Shown here: positions 21,701 to 33,173 of the stretch, piece by piece
How the letters are laid out: every line of letters begins with the position of its first letter
Position numbering within the stretch: the first letter of the stretch is position 1
Assembly (NCBI GenBank): GCA_001661245.1
Contig: KV454015.1
Coordinates: 186,001 to 250,000 of the forward strand
Length of the DNA: 64,000 nucleotides
From: Pachysolen tannophilus NRRL Y-2460
Lineage: Eukaryota
Direction: 5' to 3'
Notes under the pieces: generated by a model
What the model was told of the DNA's origin: nothing
Seen by the model: only the letters and a program-made list of their open reading frames with translations
Databases searched by the model: none
Translations under genes and position numbers: made by a program

Positions 21701-23572
21701 ATGGTACATAAGCATACAAGGTCTCGTCATCTGAGGTCGTTATCCTCGAGTTCGGCGGGTGCTGGAACCAATGTTGGTGTTGATACGGGTACTGGTACGG
21801 GTACTAATGCCAGTGGTAGTAATGCTAGTGCTGATACAAGTGCTGGTTCAAACTTGCTGTCGACATTGTTGACGGATCCATCGAGCAACGTTCAAGGACA
21901 AGAGTCTGTTGCTGGCTTGGGGTTGGGCTCGGGCTCGAGTTCCTCGGCCCGACACCAACAACAACAGCAACAACAACAACAACAAAAGCAAAAACAAAAA
22001 CAGGAAACGCGATCTGGAAAATTTATTGAACAAAGTTCCAATTCTCCAAATAAAGAGTTTGAAAATTTATCCGCGTCACAACAGGAAAGTTTACAATTAC
22101 TTCTTGGTTCATCGTTGACGTCTTGGCCATTTTCAGAATCTTCATTGATTCGTGCACTTGAATTAAAAGCTGAACAGGAAAGGACTAAACAAGAATACTA
22201 TAAAGTAGAGTCCTTAAGTAGATCAATAGAGTTGTTGAAAAATTGTTTAGATGCAGATATACCTAAAAGTCTAATACCTTTGGTGTTTTCCGGTCAAAAT
22301 ATGACCAACGAGACAATTCAGTCGATAGTGCAGCAAAACGAGTATCAATTGCAATTGCAACTGCAACTGCTGCAACAACAGAGAATGTCTTCTCCTCTTA
22401 GACGGGCGCTGCAGCCAACATCATCTCAGCAGCTGCTGCAAGCTCTGCAGCAACAACAACTGCAGTTTCAACAAACGGCTCCTATTTCAATACACGAAAG
22501 AAGTCAGACTATTTCTTCTCCACGTGAATTATATCAACACCCACTGCATCAACAAATTTCCGCAGGTAGAGGCATGGGTGGTCCAAGCAGTGGTAATGCC
22601 CCAGTTACGTCTTTATCCACTGCTCCGTTCACACCTATACCAATTGGGTATAGGTTTGGAGGCGAAACACCATCTTCCTCGGTTGCTTCGCTGAAACAAA
22701 ACCCACCGCTTTCACAACCAGCTCCGGTGTCTCCAATCTCGTATCTGCGACAGCAGCAGTTACAACAGCAACAACAGCAACAACAAAGACAAGCTCTTCA
22801 GATGCGTCAACAGCAATTATCGCCTGCAAAAATGGGCGCACACGCTGTTTCCTCGTTGAGTGGTCATTACAGGTCCTATGGTGCTATTGGACGCCATGAG
22901 AGAACCACATCGTTACCACCACAGGTTTCAATACCGGAATCTTCGGCCGTGCAGTTTTATGAAAACCCTCAGTATCAGCAACCGTTTTTGCAGCAGCAGC
23001 AGCAACAACAACAACAACAACAACTGCAGCAACTGCAGTCCCAACAACATCAGCTGAGTCGGTCTCCTTCAAGGCAACAGCAGCAGACTAAACAACCTGT
23101 TATTTTGCAACATCAGATTATCCAGTTCCACCATTGGACTCCAGAGGAAAGCAATATTAATACTGCTGAAGGTACAAGCAGCTCAGGGAATGCTACTACT
23201 TCTAAAGAAGTCTCAAGTCCTTCAAAGAGACGTAGGTCGAACCCGGATGATGACTCTTTTTCAACACCGACAAAGGAAGTTACAAGGAATATAATTTTGA
23301 GGAAAAAACATGTGAGAACAAGGTCAGATACTAGCGCTGCTACTACTGCTACTGCTCCTGCTGATACTGCTACCACTACAACTAGTACAGCTCCAGAGGC
23401 AGAATCCAAATCCGAATCAGAGAAGAAACAGGAAGCAAATGAAGATGAAGAAATTTCTAGTACAAAAGCTTCTAGTGGGTCAACTGCACCAACTAAAGAA
23501 ACCGGAAAATCTTCAAGAGGCAATTCGCAACCAAGATTTCCAAATAATATCTTGAGTTCCAACAACAGTTGA
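21701..23572 (+). CDS. BOP3: Bop3-like Q-rich protein
   Basis: SWPFSESSLIRALELKAEQERTKQEYYKVESLSRSIELLK, SPAKMGAHAV and KKHVRTRS match recalled Bop3 blocks; polyQ tracts. Confidence 0.75.
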   Translation: MVHKHTRSRHLRSLSSSSAGAGTNVGVDTGTGTGTNASGSNASADTSAGSNLLSTLLTDPSSNVQGQESVAGLGLGSGSSSSARHQQQQQQQQQQKQKQKQETRSGKFIEQSSNSPNKEFENLSASQQESLQLLLGSSLTSWPFSESSLIRALELKAEQERTKQEYYKVESLSRSIELLKNCLDADIPKSLIPLVFSGQNMTNETIQSIVQQNEYQLQLQLQLLQQQRMSSPLRRALQPTSSQQLLQALQQQQLQFQQTAPISIHERSQTISSPRELYQHPLHQQISAGRGMGGPSSGNAPVTSLSTAPFTPIPIGYRFGGETPSSSVASLKQNPPLSQPAPVSPISYLRQQQLQQQQQQQQRQALQMRQQQLSPAKMGAHAVSSLSGHYRSYGAIGRHERTTSLPPQVSIPESSAVQFYENPQYQQPFLQQQQQQQQQQQLQQLQSQQHQLSRSPSRQQQQTKQPVILQHQIIQFHHWTPEESNINTAEGTSSSGNATTSKEVSSPSKRRRSNPDDDSFSTPTKEVTRNIILRKKHVRTRSDTSAATTATAPADTATTTTSTAPEAESKSESEKKQEANEDEEISSTKASSGSTAPTKETGKSSRGNSQPRFPNNILSSNNS

Positions 23573-24003
23573 AAAGAAAAAAGACAAAAGAAAAAAAAAA
23601 AAAAAAAAAAAAAATAGATGCATTTTTTATTTTTTAGAGTACATGTTTGAAAAAAATATTGCTATTTCACCAAAATTTAATTTAATGCGTTGTTTTATTT
23701 TTACTTCATTTTCTATTATAAAACATTTAAAAATTCGGTAATGATGGGTTATTATAAATACTTTGTTTTTGATTAAAATATCTGCTTATATATCTTTCTT
23801 TTATTTCATTGTTTTGTTCCTAATTTTTATTCCTACGTGTTTTAGTATTATATAGTTCAGACTAAGTGTAATTCTTTTATTTTTTCTTTTTTTTAATCGT
23901 TAATAAATATCAAAATTCTGGGACACTTTTAGAATCATAAACTGATATATAAATAATCAAATCCAACAATGACTTCCTATCTATTCTCCTTTCTTGCAAA
24001 CGA

Positions 24004-26760
24004 TTATTGACTCATATTTTCGTCTTCTTCATAATTTTCTTTTTGTTTTAAATAATCTTCTTCACAGCCTAACAACATTGCCACTTCAACATCATTCCAT
24101 TTAAAACAAGGATGGCCACTTCTGTTTTCCACAACTTGTTGTTCTTCTGGTTTTTCTTTCCGCTTACCATTTTCAGTCTTTGAAGTACCATTAGAAGTTT
24201 TCAAATATTTCAGAGTGATCAACCATAATTTGTAGTAAAAATTAACAAATCTTATTGAAGAATTCAATATTATATCATTCGCAATTGATGGAGATAATAA
24301 TTTTGATAATTTATGTTGTTGGAAATCAATAAGTGCAATTGGTAATACTTCCAGTAAATTTAAGTTAATAATTTGAAACAATTCCATATTAAATAATTTG
24401 TTTTCCACTATCGGTTCGTATATTGTTACATCGAAAAATTCATCTTCAACAGAAGAAATCATGTTAATCAAGTAGTAAATGTCGTTTAAATTTGATTCTG
24501 TTAATAATAAATTAAATTGTTGAGATTCCAAACTTGTGGTTAAATCATGGATTAAACTATTCAACTGCAGAGATTTCTCATTCAATAATCTTATAGTTAT
24601 GATTTTTGATGAGATAAAATCAAAACAATTTAATTTAAAAATAATGGAATCATTTTCATTCAAATTACTTTGAGCAATTTGTAAATTTAAAACATTCAAT
24701 ACATTATCAAATATTATCTTTAAAAATGAATCATGTTCTTCCTTTGTAACACTCATAAATGTCTCCTGTGTATAATTTAAATTGTCAAACAATGGTATAA
24801 CTATGCTATAGAATTCAACTAACCACTCTGGAATGTTAAAATCATCATCAATTTCTTCATCTATTACAACAGAACCATCATCTTTTTTATGCTGGATAGA
24901 ATTCAATTTCAATTTAACAATACTGAAAATTCTTTCTATTGATAATTTTTGTAAAGAACCAATTGTTGTGAGAATGCTATTATCAACAACAATAGTTGTA
25001 TTAATTTTTTTAGATGAAGATGGTAAAACTTTAGCATACATCATATTATATAATTCCAATAACTGGTAAATTGATTGTAATACAGTTAATTTACCCTCTG
25101 ATCGTATAATTTGTTCTATATTAGATCTCAAAGGTACCGATAACGCACTTACATCCTCTTCTATGATTTTATCAACAATTTTGTTTATATCTTTAAGATC
25201 CTCATCATTTTCAACATGATTATTGATATTAAGATCAAGAGAAAAACTAGGATTATAACTTGAAATAATACCTTCATCGACATCAAACAAACTAGAAATC
25301 AATTCTCTTTCATTTACAATAACATCATGTAAATATGCTAATAAGTCACCAAGGAATCTTTTGGAATCATATGCAGATAATAAAAATGGTCTATTATTCC
25401 CACTTCTTTGTTCAGAATATCCATTTATTTGTAACAAAAATTCATCAACCAACACTTTTGACCTTGATTGAATCAAGTCATCAATTATTTGTTGGAAAAA
25501 TTCAGGTTTTTCATTCAAAATGTATATTAAACTTTTTTTAAAAATTTTAGAATCTCTATGTATATTATCTTCAGTGAATATAGAATTTTTTGGATGTAAT
25601 TGTCTTGTAACAAAATTTAAAATTTTTTCTGTTGATAAATTTATCAAATTATTTGTTTTATTTAATATTGTTAAACCAATTTTTGGATTATTTAATGATA
25701 ATAAAATAGAACAATTATTACGAATTGTTTGAACTTTTTTCAATATATTTAAAAATTCATCATCAATATCCTCATTAATTAAACGAAATTCTTCATATTG
25801 AGAAAGTGTATAATTTTTTTTAAAATTTTTTAATAAATTTTTTTTCAAAGTTAATAAAGATTTTTCATTTTTTAAAAGATTTATATTTTCTTTTAATTTC
25901 TTTGTAGAATTTATTTCATAATTTAAATCATTAAAAATTTCATTATTAAAATGATTTAAATCATCTAATTTTTCCTTTACATTATTTAATTTTTTAACTA
26001 TTGGATAAATAGATTTTAATGTTTGAAATTGTTGCTTTAAAATATCACTTTCAATTTCACTTCTTAATTTTCTTCTTGAAATTGAACCTAATAAACCTGA
26101 ATCTGTTAATGAATTGTAATTGATATTTAATATAGATGTAGAAGAACCATTATTACCATTATTAATTTGAGAATCATCAATTCTTGATTGTAAAAAAACC
26201 AATGCATCTCTTACTGATGAATTAAAATTTGATGAATTTAATACTCTAGCTAATCTTAAAGTTAAAATTGTATTTGTATTTGTTGTTTCACCATCAAGAG
26301 GATTACTCACCATACTTATTTTTGAATCCGTATCAACTTCATTAATCAAATCCAAAGATAACTTTGCATACTTGAAAGCTAATTTAGACTTATCTTCTTC
26401 TTGGTCTACTTCATCTTGTTGTTGTTGCTGCTGCTGCTGTTGACGTTTTCTTTCTACTTCATTTCTATTTTCAATAACCGACGTAATAGCTGTACTACCA
26501 ACACCGCTCATTATTGTACCTATTGGCGCTTCTTTTCCTTCAATTTCCCTTTGCTTCATTTGCTGCAAGTTTTTCAAAATATTCAAGTTCGAAAACTTCT
26601 TAGTCAAATCATCTTTATAATTATTTAAATTTGACAAATTTAAAGGAGGCGCTGGCATCGGCGGTAAAGAATTATCATTATTAACATTATCATCACCAAT
26701 GCCGGTATTATTATTATTATTATTATTATTCAGTTCATAGGTATCAAAAATGAAATCCAT
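24004..26760 (-). CDS. COG6: Conserved oligomeric Golgi complex subunit 6
   Basis: RRKLRSEIE, FKKNYTLS and AYDSKRFLGDLLAYLH motifs. Confidence 0.88.
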   Translation of the reverse strand: MDFIFDTYELNNNNNNNNTGIGDDNVNNDNSLPPMPAPPLNLSNLNNYKDDLTKKFSNLNILKNLQQMKQREIEGKEAPIGTIMSGVGSTAITSVIENRNEVERKRQQQQQQQQQDEVDQEEDKSKLAFKYAKLSLDLINEVDTDSKISMVSNPLDGETTNTNTILTLRLARVLNSSNFNSSVRDALVFLQSRIDDSQINNGNNGSSTSILNINYNSLTDSGLLGSISRRKLRSEIESDILKQQFQTLKSIYPIVKKLNNVKEKLDDLNHFNNEIFNDLNYEINSTKKLKENINLLKNEKSLLTLKKNLLKNFKKNYTLSQYEEFRLINEDIDDEFLNILKKVQTIRNNCSILLSLNNPKIGLTILNKTNNLINLSTEKILNFVTRQLHPKNSIFTEDNIHRDSKIFKKSLIYILNEKPEFFQQIIDDLIQSRSKVLVDEFLLQINGYSEQRSGNNRPFLLSAYDSKRFLGDLLAYLHDVIVNERELISSLFDVDEGIISSYNPSFSLDLNINNHVENDEDLKDINKIVDKIIEEDVSALSVPLRSNIEQIIRSEGKLTVLQSIYQLLELYNMMYAKVLPSSSKKINTTIVVDNSILTTIGSLQKLSIERIFSIVKLKLNSIQHKKDDGSVVIDEEIDDDFNIPEWLVEFYSIVIPLFDNLNYTQETFMSVTKEEHDSFLKIIFDNVLNVLNLQIAQSNLNENDSIIFKLNCFDFISSKIITIRLLNEKSLQLNSLIHDLTTSLESQQFNLLLTESNLNDIYYLINMISSVEDEFFDVTIYEPIVENKLFNMELFQIINLNLLEVLPIALIDFQQHKLSKLLSPSIANDIILNSSIRFVNFYYKLWLITLKYLKTSNGTSKTENGKRKEKPEEQQVVENRSGHPCFKWNDVEVAMLLGCEEDYLKQKENYEEDENMSQ

Positions 26761-27024
26761 CCTTCGTTAATCTTTACTGAGCCAATTGATCTCAATATCA
26801 CTATGATTGATCTTATCCTTATGAATTACAATTAACATAAATATATATATATATATATATTTGATTCATAGACAGCGCTTACAATGTAAAATTTGAAATC
26901 TGCTTCTCAACAGCTAAAAAAAGAAGAAAACGAAAAAAAACAAAAAAATTATAAAGGTCGTGTTCTAGAATCCAATATCCTAATCAGGAAAGGGTCATTA
27001 AATGACCCAATTTTTCTTTATCTG

Positions 27025-27034
27025 ATCTCATCGC
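27025..27034 (-). promoter_or_regulatory. PAC-like element (GCGATGAGAT) upstream of COG6
   Basis: ATCTCATCGC on the + strand. Confidence 0.35.
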
Positions 27035-27300
27035 TCGCTTTAATTTATTTGGAATATAAGTAAGTTTAAATTAACTAAACCATAACCACAGTGGGCAAAA
27101 ACATAAAAAATAAAAAAAAATCAGGCACAAAATCTTAATAATAATATCATTTAACCAAACGTAACCAAAACAAAAAGCACAACAAAAACCCACCAACAAA
27201 GTAAAAGAAAACTTAACAAAACAAAAAACAAAACAAAAAAAAAACTAGAAAAAAAAAAACTCATGCTGAATGAAATAGAATATAATAAAAAATTTGAAAG

Positions 27301-29670
27301 CTAATACCCAACCTTATACCTATTATTGGTCAACCCATAATTATTGTTTTCGACATAGCCTGTACCCTTACTTACAGTCATTAAACTCTTTGCAGCCTCC
27401 ATGATACTCAAATCGATGTTCTCGTTATAATTGATTTCTTTCTTTGTAGAATTAAAATTAGAATTAATTTTCTTTGGTTTTGAGGTATCTAATTGATTTT
27501 TTGTTTCAATTTGTTCAGAACGTTTTAATTGATCTGCTGCTTTTAATACTGTATCAATACCATCGTAAAAACCTACTTTATAGTCATTCAATGTATAAAA
27601 ATGGGTTCCTTTATTATCAATTTCTGGAATTGAAGAAACAGAATTGAATCTAGTAGTTTTCCTAAAATTCCAATCTATAGCAGCTTGATCATTTTCAGAA
27701 TCATCAATTATTGCATGTTCCCATGTATATCCCGGAGAGGGTAAAATTCGAGTTTGCATCTGTCTGTTATTATTGTTATCATCAATTGTTGATAAATTAT
27801 GATGAGCATAGTTCAAATCTTGTAAAGATTTTGAAGCTTTAAGAACATTATTGAAATTACTTTCATTTTCGTCCTGTAATTTTGCTGATTTGTTTTCATT
27901 TAAAATGGATGGTGATGATAACAAATTACTTAAAGAAGGAAGTTTGTTGGAATTTCTTGAAGTCTGAGATGTGGATGGCAATGGCGATGGCAACGATAAT
28001 GACATTGATGGCACTTTAGGCGGTTTCCTAAAACAAGATGCAGAAGCAGAAGTAGATGCAGAAGAAAGAAAAGATTCATGTTTCTTATTTTTCTTTTTAT
28101 TATCTTTCTTCTCATTTGATTTTCTTTTCTTAACCTTATTATTAACACCATATTCTGAACGGAAAATATGATTATTATTACTACCTGTACTTTTCTTAAT
28201 CTCGCTATTGGTACAACCATTATTGTTATTATTATTATTGTTGTTGTTGTTTTCAATAAGGTTTAATCTTAATAAGCCAAATCCTTTTTCATCAGGTCTT
28301 AAACATTCATTTACAAAATTTTCTCCAAATAAGGGAATTAATTGGAATCTAATATCATAACAAAATCTTCTGGCTAATTGTTTTGCAATATTAAAAGGAA
28401 TCCAAGTTCCTTGAATTTTTAAAAATCCACCTCTAACTCTTTTAACAACATTTATCAAATTTGGAGAAGAATCGATTAATTTAACAATATCTGCTTTTCT
28501 ATTTCCAATTGCCTTCCATAACCCAGTTAGATGAACTAATCCAGTATGATAATCCCATATGATGTAGTTATTATTAATTTGATATTCATAAACTGTCAAG
28601 AAATTTCTTTCATCAATACTTGTTGAATATTTTCTCTTTGAAATTTGGGAAGAATTTGGAATTGATTGGAAAAGTTTATTAGTTATTGGAGATGATGATT
28701 TATTTGATGACTCACGCATATAGAGTGGTGGTTTCTGGATGGGATAATTGACTTCGTATTCATTATTATTATTATTATTATTGTTGTTGTTACCATTGCC
28801 ATTGCCATTGGTACTACTGCTGGTACTACTAATACTACTACCACTACTATTTTTCCTATGATGTTTTTCTCTTGAATTTTTCAGAAAAGATTTATTAGTG
28901 GTGTAATCATCATGATATGTCAGGCTCAGACAAGAAGAACCCAAACTAAAACTTAAACTTGGACCTTGATTTTGATTTTGAACTTGGACTTGACCTTGAC
29001 CACCAGCGTTATTGTTGGAACTATCACTTGCACTTCTGCACATCCAAGAAATCTCGTTATTACAACCAGCCATGGTTGGAACAAATGAAGCAAAATGCAT
29101 TTGCTGCAGCATATGCATACCCATTGGATTACCAATTGGGGTACCAATTGCTGTACCAACTGCTGTACCCATTGGGTTATAGCTTTCAATTGGTGTCAAC
29201 AACTGATTATTGTAATTACCATTAGCAGCCGTTGTGGTTCCACTATTACCGCCATTACCACTATTACCACCACTGGTAAAAGTCACTGGTGATGAGTATG
29301 ATGCAGTCATTGGCGGCGTTATCAAATGTGCGCTACTACTAGAGCTATTATTATTGTTATTACTATTACTCTTTCCATTACCGCCATTGCTTCTGCAACT
29401 ACCACTGCTACTGGTTTGACCATTAGAATGACCATTGGAATGGCAATTGCCTCGGCAATTGCCATTACCATTTGTACTAATACTACTACTAGTATTATTC
29501 GAACATGTAGCTGGTGCACAAAAAAAAGTATTACTAACCGGCAGCAATACTTTTAAATTTCTTATTTGATTACCGCTATTAGAATATTCACTTACTAATG
29601 ATGGTAATTTATAAATATTACCAGAATTATAAATTGGATTATTTGAATTGGAATTGGAATTGCTCGACAT
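27301..29670 (-). CDS. APSES/KilA-N transcription factor, Xbp1-like clade
   Basis: IIWDYHTGLVHLTGLWKAIG...VRGGFLKIQGTWIPFNIAKQLARRFCYDIRFQLIPLFG; N/S-rich low-complexity flanks; first ATG at 29670. Confidence 0.8.
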   Translation of the reverse strand: MSSNSNSNSNNPIYNSGNIYKLPSLVSEYSNSGNQIRNLKVLLPVSNTFFCAPATCSNNTSSSISTNGNGNCRGNCHSNGHSNGQTSSSGSCRSNGGNGKSNSNNNNNSSSSSAHLITPPMTASYSSPVTFTSGGNSGNGGNSGTTTAANGNYNNQLLTPIESYNPMGTAVGTAIGTPIGNPMGMHMLQQMHFASFVPTMAGCNNEISWMCRSASDSSNNNAGGQGQVQVQNQNQGPSLSFSLGSSCLSLTYHDDYTTNKSFLKNSREKHHRKNSSGSSISSTSSSTNGNGNGNNNNNNNNNNEYEVNYPIQKPPLYMRESSNKSSSPITNKLFQSIPNSSQISKRKYSTSIDERNFLTVYEYQINNNYIIWDYHTGLVHLTGLWKAIGNRKADIVKLIDSSPNLINVVKRVRGGFLKIQGTWIPFNIAKQLARRFCYDIRFQLIPLFGENFVNECLRPDEKGFGLLRLNLIENNNNNNNNNNNGCTNSEIKKSTGSNNNHIFRSEYGVNNKVKKRKSNEKKDNKKKNKKHESFLSSASTSASASCFRKPPKVPSMSLSLPSPLPSTSQTSRNSNKLPSLSNLLSSPSILNENKSAKLQDENESNFNNVLKASKSLQDLNYAHHNLSTIDDNNNNRQMQTRILPSPGYTWEHAIIDDSENDQAAIDWNFRKTTRFNSVSSIPEIDNKGTHFYTLNDYKVGFYDGIDTVLKAADQLKRSEQIETKNQLDTSKPKKINSNFNSTKKEINYNENIDLSIMEAAKSLMTVSKGTGYVENNNYGLTNNRYKVGY

Positions 29671-29819
29671 ATTATAAAGCAACAAAAGAGCAAATTTTTT
29701 TTTTTTTGTTTGTTTTGGTAATAGCGTTATTACCTACCGTTTGTTTTCAAATAGGGATACAAAAGAGACAAAAAGAATAAGAAACAAAACAAAACAATTA
29801 ATTAATAAAAAAAAAAAAA

Positions 29820-30636
29820 NNNNNNNNNNNNNNNNNNNNNNNNNNNNNNNNNNNNNNNNNNNNNNNNNNNNNNNNNNNNNNNNNNNNNNNNNNNNNNNNN
29901 NNNNNNNNNNNNNNNNNNNNNNNNNNNNNNNNNNNNNNNNNNNNNNNNNNNNNNNNNNNNNNNNNNNNNNNNNNNNNNNNNNNNNNNNNNNNNNNNNNNN
30001 NNNNNNNNNNNNNNNNNNNNNNNNNNNNNNNNNNNNNNNNNNNNNNNNNNNNNNNNNNNNNNNNNNNNNNNNNNNNNNNNNNNNNNNNNNNNNNNNNNNN
30101 NNNNNNNNNNNNNNNNNNNNNNNNNNNNNNNNNNNNNNNNNNNNNNNNNNNNNNNNNNNNNNNNNNNNNNNNNNNNNNNNNNNNNNNNNNNNNNNNNNNN
30201 NNNNNNNNNNNNNNNNNNNNNNNNNNNNNNNNNNNNNNNNNNNNNNNNNNNNNNNNNNNNNNNNNNNNNNNNNNNNNNNNNNNNNNNNNNNNNNNNNNNN
30301 NNNNNNNNNNNNNNNNNNNNNNNNNNNNNNNNNNNNNNNNNNNNNNNNNNNNNNNNNNNNNNNNNNNNNNNNNNNNNNNNNNNNNNNNNNNNNNNNNNNN
30401 NNNNNNNNNNNNNNNNNNNNNNNNNNNNNNNNNNNNNNNNNNNNNNNNNNNNNNNNNNNNNNNNNNNNNNNNNNNNNNNNNNNNNNNNNNNNNNNNNNNN
30501 NNNNNNNNNNNNNNNNNNNNNNNNNNNNNNNNNNNNNNNNNNNNNNNNNNNNNNNNNNNNNNNNNNNNNNNNNNNNNNNNNNNNNNNNNNNNNNNNNNNN
30601 NNNNNNNNNNNNNNNNNNNNNNNNNNNNNNNNNNNN
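29820..30636. other. Assembly gap (N run)
   Basis: Contiguous n characters between poly-A and poly-T. Confidence 0.99.
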
Positions 30637-30825
30637 TTTTTTTTTTTTTTTTTTTATTAATTAAATTGGTTGTTTTGGATTGATTTAATTTTTTTTAAAA
30701 AAAAATATTAGCGCGCTTATATTCAAATTTTTAATTGTTGGTCATAAATATCAATTTATCAAATCATTTATTGATCGGTTTAAAGTTTTTTTTTTTTTTT
30801 TTTTTTTTTAAAATAAATCAATCCA

Positions 30826-32358
30826 ATGTCTGGAAGTGAGGATATATCATATTCTGAGATTTCATTTTTAACTTTTCAAGCAGTTGTAGAAGTTATAATA
30901 ATATGTTTTGCAGGTTTTTGGTCTGCAAAGACTGGATTATTAAATTCATCAATTCAAAAAAATGTTTCATTATTAAATGTTGATTTATTTACACCATGTT
31001 TAATTTTTAGTAAATTGGCTCCATCACTTTCTTTTAAAAAATTAATTGATATTTTTGTAATTCCAATTTTTTATGCTGTAAGTACAGGAATATCATATAT
31101 TTGTTCAAGATTTATGTCAAATTTTTTAGGTTTAAATTCTGCAGAATCTGATTATGTTACTGCAATGGCTGTATTTGGTAATTCAAATTCTTTACCAGTT
31201 TCATTAACTTTACTGTTGGCTTATACATTACCCGATTTGGATTGGGATGATTTAAATGGTGAAGATTCTCCTGATAAAATTGCTTCAAGAGGTATATTAT
31301 ATTTATTAGTTTTCCAACAATTGGGTCAAGTATTAAGATGGTCTTGGGGTTATAATACTTTATTAAGAAAAAGGGATCCTATTGAATTAAGACTGTATGG
31401 TGATGATCCAGTTGTTGGATCTCTTACTCAAAATCAAACCCAAAATCGTGGTGATATCATTGATGAAGCTGGAATTCATGGTGCTGGAATTCATGGAGCT
31501 GGAATCCATGGAACTGGGATCCGTGGAACTAGAGATCTTGATCATGATATTGGACATAATGGTTCACCGTTTGATGAAGAGGCTTCAAGTTTATTAGATG
31601 CGAGATCTTTAAGAAATAATGGCGTAAATATAGTGCCCTACGAAAATACAAGTGTTAACACGAATACGAACTCTGATTCTAACTTGAACTTAAATAAAAT
31701 GAATGATAGAACAACATCAGAAATGATAAATGATGGATTTAATGGAAATGATATTTCATCAATCGATATGCAGTCACGTGAACATAAAAATTATTCAACA
31801 ATTGAAATCTTTAGTACCATAATTTTTAAATTTAAAAATGCAATGAATCCTCCATTATATGCAATGCTATTTTCAGTCATTGTAGCTTCAATAACACCTC
31901 TTCAAAAAGCATTCTTTGAAGATAATGGATTTATTCAAAATACATTGTCATTAGCAATTCAACAATTGGGATCAGTATCAATTCCTTTAATCTTAATTGT
32001 ATTGGGATCAAATTTAGCACCAGCTACTGATATTCCACCTTCATCCCCACGTTATAAAAGTATTGTTTTTGGATCATTAGTTTCAAGAATGATTTTACCT
32101 TCATTATTCTTATTACCTTTAATAGCATTATGTGTCAAATATTTACCAATTTCTGTCTTGGATGATCCAATATTCTTGATAGTAGCTTTTATATTGACTA
32201 TTTCACCTCCAGCAATTCAACTTTCTCAAATATGTCAATTAAATGAAATTTATCAAATGGAAATGGCTGGAGTCTTATTTTGGGGTTATGTCATTTTAAC
32301 TTTACCAACAACTATAATTATTGTAGTGGCAAGTTTAGAAGTTTTAAAATACGTTTGA
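30826..32358 (+). CDS. Auxin-efflux-carrier (PIN/PILS) family membrane transporter, YBR287W-like
   Basis: LFTPCLIFSKLA, FGNSNSLPVSL, RGILYLLVFQQLGQVLRWSWG, MNPPLYAML and SPPAIQLSQI motifs. Confidence 0.88.
   Translation: MSGSEDISYSEISFLTFQAVVEVIIICFAGFWSAKTGLLNSSIQKNVSLLNVDLFTPCLIFSKLAPSLSFKKLIDIFVIPIFYAVSTGISYICSRFMSNFLGLNSAESDYVTAMAVFGNSNSLPVSLTLLLAYTLPDLDWDDLNGEDSPDKIASRGILYLLVFQQLGQVLRWSWGYNTLLRKRDPIELRLYGDDPVVGSLTQNQTQNRGDIIDEAGIHGAGIHGAGIHGTGIRGTRDLDHDIGHNGSPFDEEASSLLDARSLRNNGVNIVPYENTSVNTNTNSDSNLNLNKMNDRTTSEMINDGFNGNDISSIDMQSREHKNYSTIEIFSTIIFKFKNAMNPPLYAMLFSVIVASITPLQKAFFEDNGFIQNTLSLAIQQLGSVSIPLILIVLGSNLAPATDIPPSSPRYKSIVFGSLVSRMILPSLFLLPLIALCVKYLPISVLDDPIFLIVAFILTISPPAIQLSQICQLNEIYQMEMAGVLFWGYVILTLPTTIIIVVASLEVLKYV
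31468..31527 (+). repeat. Coding 15-bp tandem repeat (AGIHG/TGIRG x4) in the transporter's central loop
   Basis: gctggaattcatggt gctggaattcatgga gctggaatccatgga actgggatccgtgga. Confidence 0.85.
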
Positions 32359-32441
32359 TTCAATTTTTTTCATGTATATTCATTTCAATTAATCTGGAAA
32401 AAAAAAATAATATTAATATTAATCAAAAAAAAAAAAAAAAA

Positions 32442-32977
32442 NNNNNNNNNNNNNNNNNNNNNNNNNNNNNNNNNNNNNNNNNNNNNNNNNNNNNNNNNNN
32501 NNNNNNNNNNNNNNNNNNNNNNNNNNNNNNNNNNNNNNNNNNNNNNNNNNNNNNNNNNNNNNNNNNNNNNNNNNNNNNNNNNNNNNNNNNNNNNNNNNNN
32601 NNNNNNNNNNNNNNNNNNNNNNNNNNNNNNNNNNNNNNNNNNNNNNNNNNNNNNNNNNNNNNNNNNNNNNNNNNNNNNNNNNNNNNNNNNNNNNNNNNNN
32701 NNNNNNNNNNNNNNNNNNNNNNNNNNNNNNNNNNNNNNNNNNNNNNNNNNNNNNNNNNNNNNNNNNNNNNNNNNNNNNNNNNNNNNNNNNNNNNNNNNNN
32801 NNNNNNNNNNNNNNNNNNNNNNNNNNNNNNNNNNNNNNNNNNNNNNNNNNNNNNNNNNNNNNNNNNNNNNNNNNNNNNNNNNNNNNNNNNNNNNNNNNNN
32901 NNNNNNNNNNNNNNNNNNNNNNNNNNNNNNNNNNNNNNNNNNNNNNNNNNNNNNNNNNNNNNNNNNNNNNNNNNNNN
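32442..32977. other. Assembly gap (N run)
   Basis: Contiguous n characters. Confidence 0.99.
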
Positions 32978-33070
32978 AATACGATATCGTCCCCTTTTTT
33001 TTTTTTTTTATTTTTTTTTTTTATTATTTCTCGTTTTACTGATGAGATGGAGTTTATTATAGAATGATAT

Positions 33071-33104
<34 letters not shown>

Positions 33105-33173
33105 TGATGATAGTTTTTTAAAATAGGTAAAGGAAAAAAAACATACAATTGCATGGCCTTACTCTATATAATA

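Noticed and set aside
19854..23565. Alternative-frame and antisense ORFs over ASF1 and BOP3 (likewise over HAP5, SWA2, TFB1 and the APSES gene)
   Set aside because: These are shadows of low-complexity trinucleotide coding repeats with no recognisable domains.
31213..31215. CTG in the PIN-like transporter at a position I recall as Ser in S. cerevisiae, suggesting the CUG-Ser code
   Set aside because: It is a single small-residue position. The OMA1 (two sites), ASF1 and COA1 positions all point to Ala.
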